In this document: positions 20,581 to 30,508 of the stretch, piece after piece
How positions within the stretch are numbered: position 1 is the first letter of the stretch
Layout: every line of letters starts with the position of its first letter
From: an uncultured Gammaproteobacteria bacterium
GTDB taxonomy: Bacteria > Patescibacteriota > Microgenomatia > UBA10105 > UBA927
DNA length: 64,000 bases
Assembly: GCA_964397755.1 (NCBI GenBank)
Contig: CAYNJY010000003.1
Coordinates: forward strand, 5,923 to 69,922
Direction of reading: 5' to 3'
The notes under the pieces: generated by a model
What the model saw: only the letters and a program-made list of their open reading frames with translations
Databases searched by the model: none
What the model was told of the DNA's origin: nothing
Position numbers and translations under genes: made by a program

Positions 20581-20590
20581 GAAAAACAGT

Positions 20591-21220
20591 ATGATCAGCG
20601 CAATTCTTGGAACAAAGATCGGACAAACCCAAACGTTTACTGACGACGGTCGGCGAATTCCTGTGACGATCATTCAGGCCGGTCCATGTTGGATTACCCA
20701 TATTGATACGCAGTCTGGATATACCAACATCCAGCTTGCGTTTGGAAGTATGAAAAATGTATCTAAACCAATGGTGGGACATTTAAAAAAAGCGGGGTTG
20801 GACACAAAGCCCCGCTTTTTGCGGTCTGTTCGGGTCGCTGATGCCGCGGCTGTGGGAGATCTTGCGCTCGGAGCTGAAATAAAAGCCGGCGATGTGTTTG
20901 CTGAGGGAGATCAGATTCGCGTGACGGGCACGTCTAAAGGTAAAGGTTTTGCCGGAGTGGTCAAGCGCCATGGATTTGCCGGCGGTCCGCGAACCCACGG
21001 TCAATCTGATAGAGAAAGAGCACCGGGCTCAATAGGCCAAACCACCACCCCGGGACGGGTATATCGCGGCAAGCGGATGGCCGGCCGCATGGGAGGAAAA
21101 ACGGTGACCGTGCGAAACCTTACTGTTGTTGCGATTGATAGGGAAAAGAACGTATTAACAGTGAAGGGACTCGTACCAGGAACAAGGCAGGGGCTCCTGG
21201 TTATTTCAAAAGAGGGATAA
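20591..21220 (+). CDS. rplC: 50S ribosomal protein L3
   Basis: L3 homology from MISAILGTKIGQTQ; ORF 20540 start lies upstream of the terminator, so ATG 20591 preferred. Confidence 0.93.
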   Translation: MISAILGTKIGQTQTFTDDGRRIPVTIIQAGPCWITHIDTQSGYTNIQLAFGSMKNVSKPMVGHLKKAGLDTKPRFLRSVRVADAAAVGDLALGAEIKAGDVFAEGDQIRVTGTSKGKGFAGVVKRHGFAGGPRTHGQSDRERAPGSIGQTTTPGRVYRGKRMAGRMGGKTVTVRNLTVVAIDREKNVLTVKGLVPGTRQGLLVISKEG

Positions 21221-21224
21221 GTGT

Positions 21225-22040
21225 ATGGCGCGACTAATAAAAAAACAACCAAAACGAACGAAAAAGACGAAGAAGACACCGAACGTCAGAAAAGGCGTGA
21301 AGAAGACGGTGTCGATGGTACACAGAGTATCGTCTTCAGAGGTTGCAAAAGAACCTTCAGGATCAGAGAAAGGCCCGAAGGTACCCGTCGTTCATGTTGA
21401 TGGAAAAGTCGTGGGACGGACCACGCTACCGACGAAACTTTTTGCCGCAAAGATAAATGCGCCACTCCTTGCACAGGCAGTGCGTGTACGCCTTGCAAAT
21501 CAGAGGATGGGGAACGCGTCGACAAAGACTCGCGGAGAGGTAGAAGGGTCGACACGGAAAATCTACCGACAAAAAGGAACGGGACGGGCACGACATGGAG
21601 CAATCCGTGCCCCGATATTTGTCGGGGGTGGCGTCGTTTTTGGACCAAAGCCCAGGGATTATTCCCTGAAACTTTCAAAAGGTATGCGTCGAAGTGCGCT
21701 TGCTTCCGCATTGACGAGTAAACTCGCAGAAGGAGGTATAACCATTGTCAGTGGTTTGGCAGTTCTTCCACCAAAGACGAGAGTATTTGCAAAAATGTTG
21801 TCTCTATTGGGCGTCCCGCGGCCGGTTTTACTCATTACGTCCCCTGTGGTTGATACGATGGTGCGGGCGTGTCGCAATATTCCCCAGGTTGACCTTCTGC
21901 CGATACAGCAACTAGCCGCGTACGACGTGCTGTCGCATAGAAGTATTGTGTTTATGAAGGAAGCGGTAGACGAATCAAGAAGGCTGCTTCTAAAAAAAAC
22001 CAGCCACCATGAAGGCGGTACACCGAATGCGCACGTATGA
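21225..22040 (+). CDS. rplD: 50S ribosomal protein L4 with ~50-aa lysine-rich N-terminal and ~25-aa C-terminal extensions
   Basis: Core L4 block [26 protein letters not shown]. Confidence 0.9.
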   Translation: MARLIKKQPKRTKKTKKTPNVRKGVKKTVSMVHRVSSSEVAKEPSGSEKGPKVPVVHVDGKVVGRTTLPTKLFAAKINAPLLAQAVRVRLANQRMGNASTKTRGEVEGSTRKIYRQKGTGRARHGAIRAPIFVGGGVVFGPKPRDYSLKLSKGMRRSALASALTSKLAEGGITIVSGLAVLPPKTRVFAKMLSLLGVPRPVLLITSPVVDTMVRACRNIPQVDLLPIQQLAAYDVLSHRSIVFMKEAVDESRRLLLKKTSHHEGGTPNAHV

Positions 22041-22336
22041 AACACATTGTGAAGCGACCACTCCTGACTGAGAAGACGCTCGCACTCGCGAGCCGCGGGT
22101 GGTATACATTTGAGGTTGATAAAGATGCAACGAAGGAGCGTATCAAGCGTGCAGTAGACGCGCTTTTTAACGTGAAGGTTATCGACGTTCGGACGATTTC
22201 TACCTCCGGAAAGACCAGGCGCGTCGGGAGACTCATGCGAACTGTGGCGACATCAGGATACAAAAAAGCACTCGTGCGACTTGCGAGTGGGCATCGCATT
22301 GATGCGTTCGAAGCGACGTCGGTAGAGAAGAAATAA
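22037..22336 (+). CDS. rplW: 50S ribosomal protein L23
   Basis: L23 homology. Confidence 0.93.
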   Translation: MKHIVKRPLLTEKTLALASRGWYTFEVDKDATKERIKRAVDALFNVKVIDVRTISTSGKTRRVGRLMRTVATSGYKKALVRLASGHRIDAFEATSVEKK

Positions 22337-22344
22337 CTACGTCT

Positions 22345-23103
22345 ATGAAAACTGTTATGCTACGAAGACTCCACGCGATTCTCCCCAAGAAATCAGGGAG
22401 AGACATGCATGGACACGTGACGGTCCGCCATCAAGGCGGAAGGGAAAAGCGATACTATCGCGTAGTGGACTGGCGTCGTGACAAGACCGGTGTTCCAGCA
22501 CGAGTCATTAGTATAGAATACGATCCGAATCGATCCGCACAGATTGCGCTTCTAGCCTATAGAGATGGTGAGAAGCGTTATATTTTATCGCCAGAAGGAC
22601 TGAGAGTTGGTCAAACGGTTCTGGCTGGGGAGACCGCTGATATCAAACTAGGGAACACGCTGAAAATGCGGTATATGCCGGTGGGAACAGCGGTTCACAA
22701 CGTTGAAATGAAAAAAGGGAGAGGCGGTCAAATGGTTCGGAGTGCAGGTGCTGCTGCGACGGTACTTGCCAAGGATGGCAATACGGTACAGCTGAAGCTT
22801 CCTTCAGGAGAAGTTCGGGTATTCGATGCAGAGTGTATAGCAACAGTGGGACGCGTTGGCAATATTGAATGGAAGAATCGAGTTCTCGGAAAGGCAGGGC
22901 GTGCACGCCACATGGGACGACGGCCGTCTGTACGGGGAGTAGCGCAAAACCCCAGGTCGCATCCACACGGTGGCGGCGAGGGCAGAAGCGGTATAGGGAT
23001 GAGCTCACCGAAGAGTCCATGGGGTAAGCCAACGTTAGGCAAGAGAACAAGAAAGCGGAGAAAGTATAGTGATCGATTTATCCTAGAGCGGAGGAAAACC
23101 TAG
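22345..23103 (+). CDS. rplB: 50S ribosomal protein L2 (N-terminus ~20 aa shorter than E. coli L2)
   Basis: [13 protein letters not shown]..., [14 protein letters not shown] motifs. Confidence 0.93.
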   Translation: MKTVMLRRLHAILPKKSGRDMHGHVTVRHQGGREKRYYRVVDWRRDKTGVPARVISIEYDPNRSAQIALLAYRDGEKRYILSPEGLRVGQTVLAGETADIKLGNTLKMRYMPVGTAVHNVEMKKGRGGQMVRSAGAAATVLAKDGNTVQLKLPSGEVRVFDAECIATVGRVGNIEWKNRVLGKAGRARHMGRRPSVRGVAQNPRSHPHGGGEGRSGIGMSSPKSPWGKPTLGKRTRKRRKYSDRFILERRKT

Positions 23104-23117
23104 CTACCCCGCGATTC

Positions 23118-23408
23118 GTGTCTATGGGAAGATCATCAAAAAAAGGACCACATATTGATCAGAAGCTTCATGCGAAAGTCATGAAGCAGAAAGCGGGCGG
23201 AGACAGGAGCCCGATTAAGACGTGGAGTCGGGGGTCAACTATTCCGCCTGAGTTCGTCGGTCACCGGTTCGCAGTCCATAACGGCAGGATATTTATTGAG
23301 GTATCTATTACAGAAACGATGGTTGGACACCGATTGGGGGAGTTTTCGCCGACACGACTGTTTCGGGGACATGGCCAAGTAACAAAAAGAACGCTTGAAA
23401 AAACGTAG
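23118..23408 (+). CDS. rpsS: 30S ribosomal protein S19
   Basis: S19 homology; ends with TAG stop. Confidence 0.94.
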   Translation: MSMGRSSKKGPHIDQKLHAKVMKQKAGGDRSPIKTWSRGSTIPPEFVGHRFAVHNGRIFIEVSITETMVGHRLGEFSPTRLFRGHGQVTKRTLEKT

Positions 23409-23494
23409 TAATTTGGGTACTCGTAACGAGGCATGAGTGGACGTACATGAACTTTCTTACCAAGTAACGAAGTGAGCACGTAACTAAAAAATCT

Positions 23495-23878
23495 ATGGAA
23501 TATACGGCGACAGCAAAATACGTACGAATCAGTCCGCGCAAGATGCGGCTTGTTGCTCGCGCCTTCCGGATGCTTCCAGCTGAAAAAGCGCTTGCCAAGC
23601 TTCGTGCCCTACAGAAGCGAGCTTCTCATCTTCTCGCTCCGGTCGTCGCGTCTGCACTCGCGAATGCGAAGCAGAAAAACGCTGATACAGCAACACTTTA
23701 CCTTGCGCGACTTGAGATCATGGGAGGACCGACGATGAAACGGTGGCGGTCGGTGTCTCGAGGGATGGCACATGGCTACAAAAAGCGAATGACGCACATA
23801 CGGGTTGTGTTGTCAGACGAGATTACTATACAAGAGTCCGACAAATCCGGACATATAAACAAACTCGACAACTTGTAG
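23495..23878 (+). CDS. rplV: 50S ribosomal protein L22
   Basis: L22 homology; TAG stop. Confidence 0.93.
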   Translation: MEYTATAKYVRISPRKMRLVARAFRMLPAEKALAKLRALQKRASHLLAPVVASALANAKQKNADTATLYLARLEIMGGPTMKRWRSVSRGMAHGYKKRMTHIRVVLSDEITIQESDKSGHINKLDNL

Positions 23879-23899
23879 TAGTTGTTTATTTTTCGACGT

Positions 23900-24574
23900 A
23901 TGGGTCAAAAGATTCATCCGCATGCATTCCGATTGGGTCCCATGTTCACATGGTCGTCCCGGTGGTACGCGGATAATAAACGGTACAGTGAGCTCTTGCG
24001 ACACGATCTTATGCTTCGCAAAGAGTTGTTTGGGCGGCTCAAATCTGCAGGACTCGCTCAAGTTGAGATTGAGCGGTCCATCAATAAAGTAAAAGTGATG
24101 CTCCACGTTGCCCGTCCTGGAGTCGTGATTGGTCGGGGCGGGACCGGACTTGAGGAAGTGAAGAAATTTATAGAGAAAATACTCAGAGCCGCAGAGAAGA
24201 GAAAGCCAGAAGAAGCAGGGAAAGTAAAAGTTGAAGTAGTGGTGGAACCAGTCAAAGAGCCAAGTTTGTCAGCATTATTAGTTGCGACAATGATCTGCGA
24301 CCAGCTCATAAAGCGTTTTCCGTACAAGCGCGCCTGTAATCAAGCGATGGATCGAGTGATGAGTGCAGGAGCTCAGGGCGTTCGGATCAAACTAGCGGGT
24401 CGAATCGCCGGAGCTGAAATTTCCCGGCGTGTGATCTTTAAAGCAGGGTCAATACCACTCTCGTCAATCCGAGCAGAGGTGGACTTTGCGGAAGTACCGG
24501 CACTTACGAAGTCTGGTTACATTGGGGTAAAGGTATGGATAAGTAAAAAAGGGTTAGACTATGTTGGCGCCTAA
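23900..24574 (+). CDS. rpsC: 30S ribosomal protein S3
   Basis: MGQKIHP...KH domain; ATG 23900 within TTG-start ORF 23882. Confidence 0.94.
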   Translation: MGQKIHPHAFRLGPMFTWSSRWYADNKRYSELLRHDLMLRKELFGRLKSAGLAQVEIERSINKVKVMLHVARPGVVIGRGGTGLEEVKKFIEKILRAAEKRKPEEAGKVKVEVVVEPVKEPSLSALLVATMICDQLIKRFPYKRACNQAMDRVMSAGAQGVRIKLAGRIAGAEISRRVIFKAGSIPLSSIRAEVDFAEVPALTKSGYIGVKVWISKKGLDYVGA

Positions 24575-24968
24575 ACGAGCAAAACATAGAAAAGCATTCC
24601 GCGGAAAACGGCGGGGACTGTCAGAACGTGGTTCGGAACTTGTTTTTGGAGACATTGGCCTCAAAGCAGTATCGCCTGGATGGGTTGGGAGCCGGCAGAT
24701 TGAGTCTGCCAGACGCGCTCTTACCCATGCAATCCGTCGCGGCGGTCGCGTGTGGATACGGATTTTTCCCGATAAACCGATCACCAAAAAGCCGCCGGAA
24801 ACGCGAATGGGCAGCGGGAAAGGCGACGTTTTTGAGTATGTCGCGGTTGTCCGGCCAGGACGAGTGCTGTACGAAATGGGAGGAGTCACACTCGAGCTTG
24901 CGAAAGAAGCGATGCGCCTTGCCGCGGCAAAACTTTCTGTCAGAACGAAGATTATCACAAAGGAGTGA
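24561..24968 (+). CDS. rplP: 50S ribosomal protein L16
   Basis: [11 protein letters not shown]... L16 homology. Confidence 0.94.
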   Translation: MLAPKRAKHRKAFRGKRRGLSERGSELVFGDIGLKAVSPGWVGSRQIESARRALTHAIRRGGRVWIRIFPDKPITKKPPETRMGSGKGDVFEYVAVVRPGRVLYEMGGVTLELAKEAMRLAAAKLSVRTKIITKE

Positions 24969-25189
24969 TCATGAAGAAATCCGAAAAAAAACAGTTCCAT
25001 GGCTTGAAGATCGAGGAGCTTCAGTTGAAGGTACGTGAGTTTCAAAGCATGCTTGCCAAAGAGCGTTTGAGTTTGGTCCAGAAAAAATCAAAAAATACTC
25101 GTTCGGTCAGAATGCTTCGCCGTACGCTCGCAGTCATACAGACGATTCTCCGAGACATAGAGCTCAGAAAAGGAGCGTCAAAGGAGTAA
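24965..25189 (+). CDS. rpmC: 50S ribosomal protein L29
   Basis: L29 homology, overlaps rplP stop. Confidence 0.9.
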   Translation: MIMKKSEKKQFHGLKIEELQLKVREFQSMLAKERLSLVQKKSKNTRSVRMLRRTLAVIQTILRDIELRKGASKE

Positions 25190-25192
25190 CGT

Positions 25193-25456
25193 ATGGAAAA
25201 GAAAGCAGGTATCAGAGGAACGCAGCGCAGAACAATGGTTGGAACTATCGTTTCAGCAACAATGGTCAGTACCGTCGTTGTCGCTGTCGAACGTTTTTCG
25301 AAACACCCGCGTTACAAAAAGATTGTTCGCAGAACAAAAAAATTCCCTGCTCATAACACAGCGTTCAATCTGACTGCCGGAGACAAGGTTAAAATTGCCG
25401 AAACGAAGCCGTTGAGTAAAACGAAACACTTTGAGGTGATAGAGAAGCTCTCATAG
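25193..25456 (+). CDS. rpsQ: 30S ribosomal protein S17
   Basis: S17 homology. Confidence 0.92.
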   Translation: MEKKAGIRGTQRRTMVGTIVSATMVSTVVVAVERFSKHPRYKKIVRRTKKFPAHNTAFNLTAGDKVKIAETKPLSKTKHFEVIEKLS

Positions 25457-25476
25457 AGAGGAGCAAAACACACGCT

Positions 25477-25851
25477 ATGATTCAGAGAAGAACATCGCTC
25501 ACTGCCGCTGACAATAGCGGCGTGCAGAAGATGGTGGTTATCCATCTGTACGGCGCATCGAAGCGTACGTGGGCGTACGTGGGCGATACCGTTCAGTGTG
25601 TGATCAAAAAAGCAGATCCCGGAGGTATAGTTAAAGAAGACGAGCTTGTGCCAGTCGTGATCGTTCGTACGAGAAAGGAATATCGACGAGCTGACGGCTC
25701 CTATATTCGGTTTGACAATAACGCAGGAGTTGTTATCGACAATGCAAAAGACAAAAATCCACGGGGGACACGCGTCTTTGGGCCAGTAGCGCGCGAGCTC
25801 AAAGATCGAGGATTTGATAAAATTGTCAGTCTCGCGGAGGAAGTGTATTGA
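25477..25851 (+). CDS. rplN: 50S ribosomal protein L14
   Basis: L14 homology. Confidence 0.95.
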   Translation: MIQRRTSLTAADNSGVQKMVVIHLYGASKRTWAYVGDTVQCVIKKADPGGIVKEDELVPVVIVRTRKEYRRADGSYIRFDNNAGVVIDNAKDKNPRGTRVFGPVARELKDRGFDKIVSLAEEVY

Positions 25852-25888
25852 TATGACGATCTAAAGAAACATACGACCTTGAATATAT

Positions 25889-26194
25889 ATGAAACTAAGA
25901 AAGGGAGACACAATTATCGTAACCGTCGGAAAAGATAAAGGCCGTAAGGGAAAAGTAGAGGCAGTCTACCGAAGAAATGGCGCGGTGCTCGTGCCAGAGG
26001 TCAACGTCTTTAAGCGGCATATGAAAAAAAAGGACGAGAAACAGCAGGGTGGTATTATTGCGATCCCGAGAGCTATCGACGCCTCGAAAGTATCGCTCGT
26101 GTGTCCATCGTGCGGGAAACCAACGCGCGTAGGCTATCTTCTGTTAAAGTCTGAGAAAATTCGCATCTGCAAAAAATGTGGGAAGAAAGTATGA
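25889..26194 (+). CDS. rplX: 50S ribosomal protein L24 (KOW) with C-terminal C4 zinc-ribbon extension
   Basis: KOW motif GDTIIVTVGKDKGRKGKV; C-terminus CPSCGKP...CKKCGKK. Confidence 0.9.
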   Translation: MKLRKGDTIIVTVGKDKGRKGKVEAVYRRNGAVLVPEVNVFKRHMKKKDEKQQGGIIAIPRAIDASKVSLVCPSCGKPTRVGYLLLKSEKIRICKKCGKKV

Positions 26195-26751
26195 ATAGAC
26201 TACAAGACCGGTATCGCACAGAGATCGTTCCGGCCCTTATGAAAGAGTTTGAGATTACCAATCCTCTCGCTGTGCCAAAACTCTCAAAGATTGTTGTAAA
26301 CTGCGGTTTGGGAGAGGCACTCCGAGATCAGAAGGTCATTGAGAAAATGGCAGCACAACTTGGCGTAATAACAGGGCAAAAGCCAAAAGTTACCAGAGCA
26401 AAACGGGCAATTTCGACATTCAAGCTGAGGGCGGGTGATGTAGTTGGACTCAAGGTTACACTACGCGGGAAGCGCATGTATGATTTTATAACCAAGTTCG
26501 TTGGCATTGCGTTGCCGCGCGTACGCGATTTTCGGGGTGTGGCCAGAAGAGGATTTGACGGTAGGGGCAACTATACCATTGGGATATCCGAGCAAACAAT
26601 ATTCCCGGAGCTCGAGTACAGTCTGATCGATAAATCACGAGGTTTTGAGGTAACATGTGTGACAACGGCAAAAACCGACGAACAAGCAGAAAAACTTTTG
26701 GTACTCCTCGGTTTACCCTTTGAGAAAGGACACTATGGCAAAAACATCTGA
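26191..26751 (+). CDS. rplE: 50S ribosomal protein L5
   Basis: L5 homology; ATGA overlap with rplX. Confidence 0.93.
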   Translation: MNRLQDRYRTEIVPALMKEFEITNPLAVPKLSKIVVNCGLGEALRDQKVIEKMAAQLGVITGQKPKVTRAKRAISTFKLRAGDVVGLKVTLRGKRMYDFITKFVGIALPRVRDFRGVARRGFDGRGNYTIGISEQTIFPELEYSLIDKSRGFEVTCVTTAKTDEQAEKLLVLLGLPFEKGHYGKNI

Positions 26752-26920
26752 CATCGTGAAATTTGCCAAACCGCAAAAGTATCGCGTGCGCAATCGCAAT
26801 CGATGCGCACTCTGTGGGAGGTCACGCGCATACATGCGTATGTTTGGGATGTGCCGGATCTGTTTTCGGAAGTTTGCTCATAAAGGAGAGCTCCCGGGAG
26901 TGATCAAGGCATCGTGGTAA
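26735..26920 (+). CDS. rpsN: 30S ribosomal protein S14 type Z (zinc-binding)
   Basis: 61 aa, C-x2-C-x12-C-x2-C; SD GAAAGGA before ATG 26735. Confidence 0.93.
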   Translation: MAKTSDIVKFAKPQKYRVRNRNRCALCGRSRAYMRMFGMCRICFRKFAHKGELPGVIKASW

Positions 26921-26924
26921 CGTT

Positions 26925-27317
26925 ATGGTATCTGATCCAATCGGTGACATGCTTGCACAACTAAAGAACGCGGCGCGTGCGGGTTTAAAAGTCATTGAGA
27001 TACCACATTCAAAAATGAGAGTAGCAGTAGCGAAGATTCTCCAAGAGGAGAGGTATGTAACGGATACAAAAATAGTGGATGGGCGTCCGGCTCCAAAACT
27101 TCGTTTGACGATTGCGTATAATGGTCGGCGTCCGGTCCTTACGGATCTGCGCCGTGTCAGTAAACCAGGGCTTCGGTTGTATGTAAAAAAGTCAGACATC
27201 GCACCGGTCATGGGAGGTATGGGAGTTGCAATCCTTTCAACTCCACAAGGAGTCATGACCGGTAAGGAAGCGCGTGCAAAAGGTATAGGTGGCGAGCTCC
27301 TGTGCGAAGTGTGGTAA
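26925..27317 (+). CDS. rpsH: 30S ribosomal protein S8
   Basis: S8 homology. Confidence 0.94.
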   Translation: MVSDPIGDMLAQLKNAARAGLKVIEIPHSKMRVAVAKILQEERYVTDTKIVDGRPAPKLRLTIAYNGRRPVLTDLRRVSKPGLRLYVKKSDIAPVMGGMGVAILSTPQGVMTGKEARAKGIGGELLCEVW

Positions 27318-27325
27318 AGAAATCT

Positions 27326-27889
27326 ATGTCTCGTATCGGATGTACCCCTATTGCTGTTCCAGAGGGAATTGACGTTTCTCTTGAGCGTCATACGGTTGTG
27401 ATAAAAGGACCAAAAGGGGAACTACGGCGCTCCGTTCCTGAAAGTTTATCTGTAACACTCAAGGAGGGGTACGTTCGAATATCGCGTATCGTTGATGATA
27501 AATCTGTGCGAGCTCTGCACGGTGCGTATCGAGCGCATCTTGCAAACGATATTGTCGGCGTTCGGATGGGATGGAGTAAAACCTTAGAGCTCTCAGGCGT
27601 CGGGTACCGCGCGGCGATGGTCGGGTCGAATCTTGAACTTACCATTGGTTTCTCCCATCCTGTTACGATCGCCCCGCCGCCGGGCATTACCCTTGCCATT
27701 GTTGAGGGTGCAATAATCGTTTCAGGTATAGATAAGACCGTTGTCGGTCAAGCCGCATCAAACATTCGTGCAGTGAAAAAACCAGAGCCCTACAAAGGGA
27801 AAGGAATCAGGTACAAAGGAGAACATATTCGAAGGAAGGCAGGGAAATCCGCCAAAGCAGTCGGCGGGGCACCAGGAGGAAAACCATGA
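27326..27889 (+). CDS. rplF: 50S ribosomal protein L6
   Basis: L6 homology; ATG 27326 within ORF 27302. Confidence 0.92.
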   Translation: MSRIGCTPIAVPEGIDVSLERHTVVIKGPKGELRRSVPESLSVTLKEGYVRISRIVDDKSVRALHGAYRAHLANDIVGVRMGWSKTLELSGVGYRAAMVGSNLELTIGFSHPVTIAPPPGITLAIVEGAIIVSGIDKTVVGQAASNIRAVKKPEPYKGKGIRYKGEHIRRKAGKSAKAVGGAPGGKP

Positions 27890-28215
27890 GTACACGCCGT
27901 GAGGGACGGTTGCGGAGAAAATCGCGCATTCGGGCAGTAGTCCGGGGGACCGGGGACCGGCCTCGTTTTTCGGTGTTTCGGTCGAACGAAGCTCTGAGTG
28001 CGCAGCTTATTGATGACGCCGCCAGGGTGACCCTCGCCGCGTGTACGGTCAAGGGGAAGGGAGTTTCTAGTGGTAAAGAGCTTGGTCGTCGGATCGCAGA
28101 AGCGGCCAAGAAGAAAAAGATATCTCGGGTAGTTTTTGACCGGAGCGGCTACCGGTACCACGGGGTAGTACAAGAGATCGCCGACGCCGCTCGGGAAGGA
28201 GGGCTTGTCCTATGA
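27886..28215 (+). CDS. rplR: 50S ribosomal protein L18
   Basis: L18 homology. Confidence 0.93.
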   Translation: MSTRREGRLRRKSRIRAVVRGTGDRPRFSVFRSNEALSAQLIDDAARVTLAACTVKGKGVSSGKELGRRIAEAAKKKKISRVVFDRSGYRYHGVVQEIADAAREGGLVL

Positions 28216-28661
28216 GGAGGGAAGGAACCGGAGAGTTTGAAGAAAAAGTGGTTCAGGTAAACCGCGTTTCCAAAAAAACCAAAGGAGGGAATAAAATCGG
28301 TTTCTCTGTCCTCACCGTAGTGGGTGACAGGAAGGGGAGGGTCGGTGTCGGTTTAGGGAAAGCACCGGATGTCTCTTCCGCTGTACGGAAAGCGGTTTCC
28401 TACGCAAAAAAGCACCTTCTTACGGTTCCCATGAGAGGAATGACAATCCCTCACCAGGTCCAGGTGAAGCTTGGCGCCGCGAGGGTGCTCCTGCGGCCGG
28501 CTCCTGCCGGAACAGGTGTTATCGCCGGCGGCGCGGTGCGGGCGGTTGTGGAAGCCGCTGGGATTAGAGATATCGTCTCAAAAATTTTAGGAACGAAGAA
28601 TCAGGCATCGAACGTATACGCGACGATGGAAGCACTGAAAAAATTCAAAATTCAAAATTAA
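28212..28661 (+). CDS. rpsE: 30S ribosomal protein S5
   Basis: S5 homology. Confidence 0.95.
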   Translation: MRREGTGEFEEKVVQVNRVSKKTKGGNKIGFSVLTVVGDRKGRVGVGLGKAPDVSSAVRKAVSYAKKHLLTVPMRGMTIPHQVQVKLGAARVLLRPAPAGTGVIAGGAVRAVVEAAGIRDIVSKILGTKNQASNVYATMEALKKFKIQN

Positions 28662-28690
28662 AAAGTCAAACTTTTAAACTTCTAACGTCT

Positions 28691-29122
28691 ATGAATCTCT
28701 CACAGTTACCAAGAATCGTTGGGAGAAGGAAGAAGCGAGTGGGGCAGGGCCATGGCTCCGGCAGGGGGAAAACTGCCGGACGCGGAACGAAGGGGCAGAA
28801 AGCGCGCGGGACCATTCGGCTCGGCTTTGAGGGCGGGCAGCTGCCGCTTATTAAGCGACTGCCTCTTCTTCGCGGGAAAGGGAAGGAGAAGCCACGCGCT
28901 CTCAAAGCGGTTGCGGTTCGCATAGGGAGACTGAGCGTTCTTCCGAAGGGATCCGACGTCACCACCGAAACACTCCGCACATATAAGATAATCAGTACAT
29001 CGGAAGCGCGGGTAAAGCTTGTCTCGGGCGGAAGTCTCTCTGTCCCGCTCACGGTGAAGCTTCCCTGTTCAAAAGGAGCAAAAGAGGCTGTTGAGAAAGT
29101 TGGTGGAATGGTGGTAGGATAG
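28691..29122 (+). CDS. rplO: 50S ribosomal protein L15
   Basis: L15 homology; no rpmD (L30) between rpsE and rplO. Confidence 0.94.
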   Translation: MNLSQLPRIVGRRKKRVGQGHGSGRGKTAGRGTKGQKARGTIRLGFEGGQLPLIKRLPLLRGKGKEKPRALKAVAVRIGRLSVLPKGSDVTTETLRTYKIISTSEARVKLVSGGSLSVPLTVKLPCSKGAKEAVEKVGGMVVG

Positions 29123-29135
29123 TGATTGTTTTTCT

Positions 29136-30428
29136 ATGAACTCGATTCTGTCTCCTCTGGTACATAGCTGGCAAACGCCGGAGCTCCGCCGCAAGATCGT
29201 TCTTACCCTAATACTTTTCGTTATCTTTCGACTCTTTGCCCACATTCCGATTCCTGGCGTTGACGGAGCGAAACTCCGAGGACTCTTTGCGCAGAACCAG
29301 TTTCTAGGGCTTCTTGACATATTCTCCGGCGGAACACTGGTGAATTTTTCGGTCATGGCGCTCGGGCTCAACCCGTATATCAACGCCTCGATCATTTTGC
29401 AGCTTTTGACCATTGTGTTTCCGAAGCTTGAAGAGTTGTCCAAGGAAGGCGAGTACGGTCGGGAAAAAATTAACCAGTATACGAGGTTTCTCACGGTGCC
29501 GCTTGCGGCGATTCAGTCGATCGGGATGTACGCTATTTTAAAAAATGCGGGCATTATGGGCGCCATTTCCCCGGTTACCCTCCTTTCCCTTATTGTTACC
29601 ATGACGGCCGGAACGCTACTCGTCATGTGTCTCGGAGAGCTCATCACTTAGTATGGTATAGCTATCGGCGTCTCACTTCTTATTTTTGCAGGGATTGTCG
29701 GGCGCCTTCCGGTGGTACTCGGACAAACGGTAAGTGTCGTTACAGCGGAGTCATTCACCAACTTCCTTCTTTTTGGAGTCCTCGCGGCGATTATGATCGG
29801 AGCGACTGTGTTTGTCAACGAAGCGGTTCGTCGGATTACTGTCCACTACGCCCGTCGCATCCGTGGGAACAAAGTGTACGGCGGCAACGTATCGTACTTA
29901 CCCCTTCGGGTGAACCAAGCGGGCGTTATCCCGATCATATTCGCGGTTTCGCTGGTTCTGTTGCCGTCTCTCGTCGGAGGATTCCTTGAACAGCTCGGTT
30001 CCCCGGTTTTCCTGAATATCGGCAGACTTCTGACGCGCGTTTTTAATCCCCAGAGCATCTCGTATAACCTTATCTATTTTTTTCTGGTCATTGGGTTCAC
30101 CTACTTTTATACGGCAATAACGTTTAATCCCAAGAAGATCGCGGAAGAAATACAAAAGTACGGCGGCTTTATTCCCGGCATTCGCCCGGGAACACCAACT
30201 GCGAGCTACCTCAACTACATACTCACAAGAATCACGCTTGCTGGCGCGCTCTTTCTCGGATTCATCGCAACTTTCCCGTCCTTTGCTCGTGGCATATCTG
30301 GGGTCACGACACTTCTTGTTGGCGGAACAGGAGTTCTCATTGTGGTTTCAGTGGTTCTGGAGACAGTCAAAACACTTGAAGCGCAACTGGTGATGAGAAA
30401 TTATGACGGATTCCTGAAGGAGGGATAA
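29136..30428 (+). CDS. secY: preprotein translocase SecY, interrupted by an in-frame TAG at 29649-29651 (ORFs 29136-29651 and 29712-30428 share one frame)
   Basis: Continuous SecY homology across the stop ([21 protein letters not shown] versus E. coli [22 protein letters not shown]). Confidence 0.85.
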
Positions 30429-30508
30429 ATCACTTTAACCTTTAAACGTTAAAAATAAAACTCGTTTTTGAAACGTTTGAAGTTTACAGTTTGAATTGTA
30501 CCGTTCTT

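Noticed and set aside
29627-29989. 120-aa plus-strand ORF spanning the secY break
   Set aside because: Different frame from secY; the secY frame is continuous through the TAG, so this is a frame artefact rather than evidence of a frameshift.
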